This document shows, piece by piece, positions 48,414-54,083 of a stretch of 54,083 nucleotides of DNA (positions within the stretch are counted from its first letter, which is position 1; the number at the start of each line of letters is the position of its first letter). The DNA lies in contig JAYSTY010000534.1 in NCBI GenBank assembly GCA_043719385.1, positions 1 through 54,083 on the forward strand. The letters run 5' to 3'. The notes below the pieces were generated by a model. The model was not told the origin of the DNA. It did no database searches and saw only the letters and a program-made list of their open reading frames with translations. A program made the translations under genes and the position numbers. This DNA comes from Blastocatellia bacterium. Its GTDB lineage: Bacteria; Acidobacteriota; Blastocatellia; RBC074.

Positions 48414-48926
48414 ATGAAACGCATCTTAATCACCATCGCTCTGGCAGTCTTCGCACTATCATTCACCGCCTGCGCCACCAGCGACAATACTGGCGCCAAG
48501 ATCACGGCTGCTGTCGCAACTCCGGCGGCCTCAGTCGAAAGCTCTGCTGACATCGAAAAGGCCGTGACACAAATGGAGCGTGACTGGGAGGAAGCACTGA
48601 AAAATAAGGACAAGACCAAACTGGAAAGTCTCATCGCCGATGACTATGTCGGGATTGGCTGGGATGGCAAAACCTCTACGAAAGCCGAAAGCATCGCCAA
48701 TAGCATCGCGGCAGACACCAAACTTGATTCTTACACGCTTGATCCGGTAAAGGTGCGAGTCTACGGTGACGTTGCCATCGCCACTTCAGGCGACACGGAA
48801 AAGAGCAGTTTCAAAGGGAAAGATACGAGCGGTCGCTGGGTTTGGACGGATGTTTACGCGAAGCGCAATGGCCGCTGGCAGGCGGTCTCTTCGCACAGCG
48901 GACGTGTCCCGGAACCAAAAGCGTAA
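48414..48926 (+). CDS. NTF2-like DUF4440 lipoprotein
   Basis: Lipobox FTA-C; E.DW.EA...KD...LE.LIADDY, VRVYGDVAI and WTDVYAKRNGRWQAVSSH motifs. Confidence 0.88.
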   Translation: MKRILITIALAVFALSFTACATSDNTGAKITAAVATPAASVESSADIEKAVTQMERDWEEALKNKDKTKLESLIADDYVGIGWDGKTSTKAESIANSIAADTKLDSYTLDPVKVRVYGDVAIATSGDTEKSSFKGKDTSGRWVWTDVYAKRNGRWQAVSSHSGRVPEPKA

Positions 48927-49244
48927 CATCCGTAGTGACGATTCCGGTAGACGTAACAACTCCTTCTCGCCCCGTGCTCAGAATCGTGGGCAGACAACCG
49001 TCTTCCCGCCCGGTGTCGTGAACAACGCGTTTCGTGTGACGTTTGCGAATGCGGGCGCGTTTGCGGGGTGGACAATGAAAGGGCCGGATGGGATACTTCG
49101 CAGGGGTGTACCCTCGGTCTTATCACCGAGGCGCCCCAACCGTAACCTTCCAACTTGCGAGGTGTCATACCCCGTTTGAAGCTTTGGGTAGCGACACCTC
49201 GCAGCGCAAAGCAAGGGCAGTGAATAAAAATAATTTCTCTGCCG

Positions 49245-49274
49245 TGAACACTCTGGCACGCGAATTCCCCCTTA
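49245..49274 (+). promoter_or_regulatory. Repeated 30-bp motif, copy 3 (candidate ECF promoter)
   Basis: tgaacactctggcacgcgaattccccctta, preceded by aaaaataattt; same spacing as copies 1 and 2. Confidence 0.65.
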
Positions 49275-49476
49275 CCTCATGCAGGCGGGATTATGCGGCT
49301 TGCCAAAACCGAAAAAGCCTAAGTACAGCGAAAAGGAAGTTCTTTGATGATCTTATAGAGCCAGCATGCTCAATTCTCCCTTCTGTCTTCTCATCTCTTT
49401 CGCTGAAGATTTGAGCAGGCTGGGAAGGTCAAAGAACCTGGGGTTTCGTGTACTAGCAATAAATGAAAGGGTAACC

Positions 49477-50478
49477 ATGCAACGATCCAAGTTTTTTCTT
49501 TACCTGCTAGTGATCTCGCTCGCAAGCGCCCCGCTTACAGCGCTTGGGACACAACAAGTCGGCCCTCGAAAATACCTCATCAAACCGTTCAACCTGGGCA
49601 TCAGTACCGATGTCCGCGCCCGCTCGACACGAAATCTACAGGTCCGCGTAACAGATGAAAATGACCGACCCATCCCTGACGCGCAGGTATTATTCTTACT
49701 AAGCAGCGGTGGTACGGACAGCAGTAGTGTTGGTTCATTTGCCGGACAAACCTCCTTGCGCGCAATGACCAATGCAGAGGGCGTCGCGCAAGTGGATTAC
49801 ACGGCGGGAGAGACTGTTGGTAGTAAAGCCAGAATCAGGGCCCAGGTTGAGGGTTCCGATGCCGTTTTGGAAGTAGCACTACTCATCATCAGTGCGCTGA
49901 CCGGAGACTCGCCCCCTCAATCGTCCCCTCAATCGTCCCCTCAATCGTCCCCTCAATCGTCCCCTCAATCGTCCCCTCAAGTGGCTCCTCAAGCGGCATC
50001 GCAAAAGGAAATTCCATTTGTCAGCGGTCTGGCAATCGGGCAAATGCCAAAATCATCCGTCGCACATCAAACCTTTACAACGATTGGTGGAGATAAGGTC
50101 AGCCTGGATTCCAGGCGTGGCAAAATTATTGTTGTGGTCTTCTTCGGAACCTGGTGCCCCATCTCTAAGCAACAGTTCCAGGCGATGCCGAGTATCCTTG
50201 CGGAGGAAGTACAAGTGGTCGGAATGTCCGTCAAAGATCCCCGTGCAACGCCACAAATGTTGCTGCAATTTATGACTGAACAAAAGGTGAATTATCCGGT
50301 TGTCAAGGATGTCGAGGATAAGCATTTTATGAAATTTGTGGGTAACCAAAATGTGTCTGTCCCGCAAACAGTGATTTACGGTCGAGACGGTCGGATTATT
50401 GCGCATTTTCTGGGCTTTAACCAACAAGTCGGAGCCGAGATTGGGCAGAAAATCAAAGATGAATTAGTAAAAAAATAA
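49477..50478 (+). CDS. Exported fusion protein: Ig-like (Big-1-like) domain, PQSS linker, TlpA/redoxin domain
   Basis: Start re-assigned to MQRSKFFL (signal peptide); VRVTDENDRPI..AQVLF and TNAEGVA (Ig-like); SLDS.RGKIIVV.FFGTWCPIS and VPQTVIYGRDG (thioredoxin fold). Confidence 0.8.
   Translation: MQRSKFFLYLLVISLASAPLTALGTQQVGPRKYLIKPFNLGISTDVRARSTRNLQVRVTDENDRPIPDAQVLFLLSSGGTDSSSVGSFAGQTSLRAMTNAEGVAQVDYTAGETVGSKARIRAQVEGSDAVLEVALLIISALTGDSPPQSSPQSSPQSSPQSSPQSSPQVAPQAASQKEIPFVSGLAIGQMPKSSVAHQTFTTIGGDKVSLDSRRGKIIVVVFFGTWCPISKQQFQAMPSILAEEVQVVGMSVKDPRATPQMLLQFMTEQKVNYPVVKDVEDKHFMKFVGNQNVSVPQTVIYGRDGRIIAHFLGFNQQVGAEIGQKIKDELVKK
49909..49980 (+). repeat. In-frame 12-bp tandem repeat
   Basis: (tcgtcccctcaa)x5 exact at 49921-49980, plus one variant at 49909-49920; encodes SSPQ units. 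Confidence 0.95.
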
Positions 50479-50558
50479 TATCGGACTGGCCGTGAATGGT
50501 CGTGACAGCCGCGCCGATAAATCCATGACAACGACCCCAAACAACAAGGAGAATTTTT

Positions 50559-50828
50559 ATGGCTAATTATATGGTTGTTCGTCACAAGGCGCGGGATTTT
50601 TCAGAATGGAAAATCGGCTATGAGACTCACGCTCCCGCCCGTACTGCCGCAGGCCTCACGGAAAAACATCTGCTGCGCAGTGCCGACGATCCGAACGAAG
50701 TGATCCTCGTTTTTGAAGCCGCCGACCTCGACCGTGCGAGAGCCTTTGCCGCTTCTGATGATTTGAAAGAAGCCATGCAAAAAGTCGGGGTCGTAGATAA
50801 ACCGGACATCTATTTTCTCACTAATTGA
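50559..50828 (+). CDS. Small dimeric alpha-beta barrel (ABM/cyclase-like) protein
   Basis: AAGGAG RBS; VRHK..DF..WK.GY and DDPNEV..VFE..D...ARAF..S..LKEAM..GV...P motifs. Confidence 0.8.
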   Translation: MANYMVVRHKARDFSEWKIGYETHAPARTAAGLTEKHLLRSADDPNEVILVFEAADLDRARAFAASDDLKEAMQKVGVVDKPDIYFLTN

Positions 50829-51028
50829 CGCAGCTTCATAACAAAGGGTTAAGGCGTCCAATCTTGAAAAACGTGGCGGCGAAGCCTGCGCAGTTAGTGG
50901 CGTTGTTGTGATGGTTGTGACAGTCGTCGCTGATAAATTCACGCCTTGACGATTTTCGCGCTGGCCCTGTGTCTGGTTGATTATCGGAAGGCGGCGTGGC
51001 GTTGCAGTCAGGTAGCGCAGGCCGTGCT

Positions 51029-54001
51029 TCAACGAAAATTTTCCATCAGCATGAGTTCATCGTAGGGTTGTTCCAGATGGGCGAAGAGCAGACGGCGGCC
51101 ATCCGCTGACAGGGCTAACCCCGGCGCCCACCAGAGCGGCGCATCTGTAAGTGTAATCAGAGAAGTAGTGCGGCGCGTAGCAAAACTGAAAAAGCGAATC
51201 GCCCAGCGTGATTCGCTTTCCTTGGCGGCGAAGCAAATGCCTTCCTTCACCACCGTCCACGAACGCCAGTACCCCGCGTCTCTTAGTTCGGGCACGAGTG
51301 TTTCTTCGCCGCCGTTGACGGGAACCGAATAAATGCCATCGCCGCCGCGCGCTTTGGTGTAATAAAACAGCTTGCCATTGGGCGACTCAAAGCCCTCGAA
51401 GCCGCCCTTGAACGTGATCTGTTTAGCTTCACCACCGGCGGCGGGCATTTTATGAATCTGGTTGTTGCCGCTGCGGTTCGATTTGAAATAAAGCCATTGC
51501 CCGTCGCGCGACCAGGCGGGCAGGTTATCCGTCGTTTTCTCAAACGTCAGCCTACGCCAGACACTGTCACCTGCCGCGCTCATCACGTAAATGTCTCCAT
51601 CGCCGTTGGTGAAAGAATCAAAGGCGATCCATTTGCCGTCGTAAGACCAGCGTGGCGAGCCAGCCGAACCCGAGCGCGTGAGTTGGCGCGCGGCAGTCTT
51701 TCCCTCGGCGTCACACAGCCAGAGTTCTGGCAGGCCGGTGCGCTCTGAGGCAAAGACAATCGTTTGACCATCGGGAGAAAAAGACGGGCCCTGGTCTTCG
51801 TAAAGCGAAGAGTTGGGCAAGCGCACAGGCGCGCCGAATTTGCCCGGCACATCCCGCCCCGCGAAGCCTGCACCTTGATAGAGCCAGAGATTCGAATCGC
51901 TGGACAGTTCCGTCCAAACCAGTTTGTCACCCTGCCGCGAGATTTCAGGGTAGACGGGATTTTGTCCGTTGACCGGCACGCGCGTGGATGTGCCGCCTTG
52001 CGCGGAAATGCGCCAGAGGCCGCGCGTGTTGCGCCGAGTGGTGCTGAAAACGATTTCGCGGCTGTCACTGGTCCAGGCCAGTCCGGCGATTCGACTTTTC
52101 TCAAAGGTCAGTTGCCGCAGCGCGCCGTCGCCAAGCGAGATGACGCAAATATCTTTTTCGTTCGTGCCAAAATCGCGCGCGAAAGCCACCATCTTCCCAT
52201 CCGGTGAAAAGCGCGGGCTGTTATCGTTCATTGTTGGCATCGTTGGCTCCGGCGTGGTCAGGCGGGTGCGCTGGCCTGTTTCCGGCGTCACGAGAAAAAT
52301 GCCGCTGCGTTCGGCTGATCCGTGAAGTCCCGCCACCGCCAGCGTTTTGCCATCCGGCGACCAGGCTGGCGGGGTGGATGTTTCCGCCAGCTTCTGCTCT
52401 GGCCCGCCACTGGCCGACACCTGCAACACGTCGTTGCCGCGCACGAAGGTCACGTATTTGCCATCCGGCGTCCAACAGGGAGCAGAGCTACCGGCGGGTG
52501 CGGTCGTCAGCCGCAGCGGCGGCCCATCTGTGCCGATTACCTTGACGTAAATATCAGAGGGGCCGACTTCAGCGCCGCGTCCGCCATCCCACGCAAAAGC
52601 CAGGCGGCTTTCATCCGGCGAAAGCGCGGCAAAGTTTTTCTTGCCTGCCATACCGATCAGCGGCACGAATCTGGTTTCGGCGGCGGGTTGTTCCGCGGCA
52701 TGGTTGCGTGCAGTCAGCCAGCGATAACTGCCAACCCCTAACACGCTCGCCAACGCCAGCGCAGCAGCCAGCCATTTCAGACGATGCGCTCGCCACACCG
52801 ACAGTCCTGCCAATGGTTGAGTTGAATGGATGGGGACATCTATCTGTCCCGTCTCTTTGCGAATGCCTTGTGTTCCATTGTCGCGCGCAGCCGCGAATTG
52901 CAACGTAGACTGGTTTGCGATGTCATTCGTCGCACTCAGGTCGGCCAGATTGGCTTGCCCGAGTTCATCCAGGAAGGCGCGGATGTTTGGATAGCGTTGA
53001 TCGCGCTCTTTGGCGAGCATGCGGCTGATAATTTTTTGCAGCTTGTCAGGTGTGGGGGAAACGAACTGACACAGCGGTGGTGGTTCTTTTTCTAACAGCG
53101 CGGCAAACACTTCGGCGGTTGATACGCCTGAGAAGGCCTGTTCGCCCGTGATCATTTCATAAAACACGACACCCAGGCTGAACATATCCGTGCGCGCATC
53201 CACTTTCAACCCACGCGCCTGCTCCGGCGACATATAGCGCGGCGTACCCATCACGAGGCCTGCTTGCGTACTGTCATCAGTCTGTGAGCGCGTTTCAGCA
53301 AAGCGCGCCAGTCCGAAATCAAGCACTTTGACCAATCCGTCCGGGCGCAGCATGACGTTTTCGGGTTTGATGTCGCGGTGATAGATGCCTGCTTCGTGGG
53401 CGGTGTCGAGCGCCGCTGCGATTTGTTTGATGATGGCGAGCGCCTCTGGCAACGGCAGCCGTCCCACTGTCAGGCGCTGGCGCAAGGTCACGCCCGCAAT
53501 GAATTCCATCGCAATGAAATGAACGCGCTCGGCCTCGCCGATTTCATAAATCGTGATGATGTTCGGATGATTGGGAGCCGAGGCCGCGCGGGCTTCGCGC
53601 AGGAAGCGTTGTAATCGTTCAGTGCTTTGGGCGTCGTCCTGCGTGAATGCAGCGGGCAACAACTTAATCGCTACCTGACGTTCCAGCCGCGTATCGCGTG
53701 CCAGCCAGACTTCACCCATCCCGCCAGCGCCGAGCAACGAAAGAACTTGATAGTGGCTGATCTGTTGGCCTGCCGCCGGACTCTTTTGCGCCAACAGCGC
53801 GGCGGCCACTTCGAGCGCAGGCGCGGCAATGAAATCCTCTGCTTGCGCCTGCGCATCCGCCACCAGCAATTGCTCGACGGACTGTCGCAGCTCGTGGTCT
53901 TCGGCGCACGCACCCAACAGAAAAGCTCCGCGCTGCGTTGGCTCCAGGCTCACCGCCGTTTGATAAAGGTGACCGATTTGTTGGTAGCGTTCAGGAGTCA
54001 T
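51029..54001 (-). CDS. Membrane Hanks-type Ser/Thr kinase with extracytoplasmic PD40/TolB-like beta-propeller
   Basis: Probable start MTPERY (ATG 54001, coupled to the upstream sigma stop); LGAGGMGEV, VAIK, HRDIKPEN, DFGLA and GTPRYMSPEQ motifs; one TM helix; many [WF]SPDG repeats. Confidence 0.95.
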   Translation of the reverse strand: MTPERYQQIGHLYQTAVSLEPTQRGAFLLGACAEDHELRQSVEQLLVADAQAQAEDFIAAPALEVAAALLAQKSPAAGQQISHYQVLSLLGAGGMGEVWLARDTRLERQVAIKLLPAAFTQDDAQSTERLQRFLREARAASAPNHPNIITIYEIGEAERVHFIAMEFIAGVTLRQRLTVGRLPLPEALAIIKQIAAALDTAHEAGIYHRDIKPENVMLRPDGLVKVLDFGLARFAETRSQTDDSTQAGLVMGTPRYMSPEQARGLKVDARTDMFSLGVVFYEMITGEQAFSGVSTAEVFAALLEKEPPPLCQFVSPTPDKLQKIISRMLAKERDQRYPNIRAFLDELGQANLADLSATNDIANQSTLQFAAARDNGTQGIRKETGQIDVPIHSTQPLAGLSVWRAHRLKWLAAALALASVLGVGSYRWLTARNHAAEQPAAETRFVPLIGMAGKKNFAALSPDESRLAFAWDGGRGAEVGPSDIYVKVIGTDGPPLRLTTAPAGSSAPCWTPDGKYVTFVRGNDVLQVSASGGPEQKLAETSTPPAWSPDGKTLAVAGLHGSAERSGIFLVTPETGQRTRLTTPEPTMPTMNDNSPRFSPDGKMVAFARDFGTNEKDICVISLGDGALRQLTFEKSRIAGLAWTSDSREIVFSTTRRNTRGLWRISAQGGTSTRVPVNGQNPVYPEISRQGDKLVWTELSSDSNLWLYQGAGFAGRDVPGKFGAPVRLPNSSLYEDQGPSFSPDGQTIVFASERTGLPELWLCDAEGKTAARQLTRSGSAGSPRWSYDGKWIAFDSFTNGDGDIYVMSAAGDSVWRRLTFEKTTDNLPAWSRDGQWLYFKSNRSGNNQIHKMPAAGGEAKQITFKGGFEGFESPNGKLFYYTKARGGDGIYSVPVNGGEETLVPELRDAGYWRSWTVVKEGICFAAKESESRWAIRFFSFATRRTTSLITLTDAPLWWAPGLALSADGRRLLFAHLEQPYDELMLMENFR

Positions 54002-54083
54002 GATTGAGAGAGTTGCAGGTGAAGCCAGGCGCGTGCCTGACGCCAATCGCTATGCAATGTGCTGACAGAAACTTGCAGGATAG
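53998..54083 (-). CDS. 3' end of a second TIGR02999-type ECF sigma factor (partial; not in ORF track)
   Basis: The minus strand translates to ILQVSVSTLHSDWRQARAWLHLQLSQS*, matching VMKVSLSTVRRDWRMAQAWLHQQLSAIS* of the first sigma. Same ATGA overlap with the kinase start. Confidence 0.88.
   Translation of the reverse strand, partial: ILQVSVSTLHSDWRQARAWLHLQLSQS

Noticed and set aside
49102-49203. tRNA or structured ncRNA (ggggtg...cgcccca plus a long hairpin)
   Set aside because: Too short for a cloverleaf and no T-loop GTTC motif; only two simple hairpins, and no family I can support.
49909-49980. CRISPR-like array
   Set aside because: 12-bp head-to-tail units without spacers, in frame within a CDS; no cas genes.
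54061-54071. gctgacagaaa as a third copy of REP family A
   Set aside because: No second arm is present, and the bases encode VSVS of the partial sigma on the minus strand.

Overview
Bacterial chromosomal segment, most likely from Acidobacteriota (Blastocatellia-like). This is inferred from an acidobacterial VWA protein, a TIGR03437-like C-terminal domain and TIGR02999-type ECF sigma/Ser-Thr kinase pairs. No rRNA, tRNA, CRISPR array, integrase or transposase was recognised. Left part: the tail of an AT-rich, possibly STAND/Avs-like gene, an internally deleted GH31 pseudogene, a SASA esterase, recQ, a VWA protein, a hexuronate pathway (uxaC, uxaE, uxuB), several hydrolases and a 2301-aa secreted repeat protein. 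Middle part: gnd, zwf, Uma2, GNAT, two tandem DinB genes, queE-GH9-queC, a LysM lytic transglycosylase and comM/yifB. Several different REP-like palindromes lie between these genes. The most notable region is 42-54 kb. Two minus-strand, translationally coupled ECF-sigma/membrane-kinase modules (one kinase decayed, one intact, the second sigma cut by the window end and missing from the ORF track) bracket a ~7 kb plus-strand array of small, mostly exported uncharacterised proteins. The array carries three copies of a fixed-length 30-bp motif, TGARCACTYTKGC-N5-AATTYCCCCTTA, a candidate promoter for a phosphorylation-activated ECF regulon. Family names come from recognition of motifs only; no searches were run.
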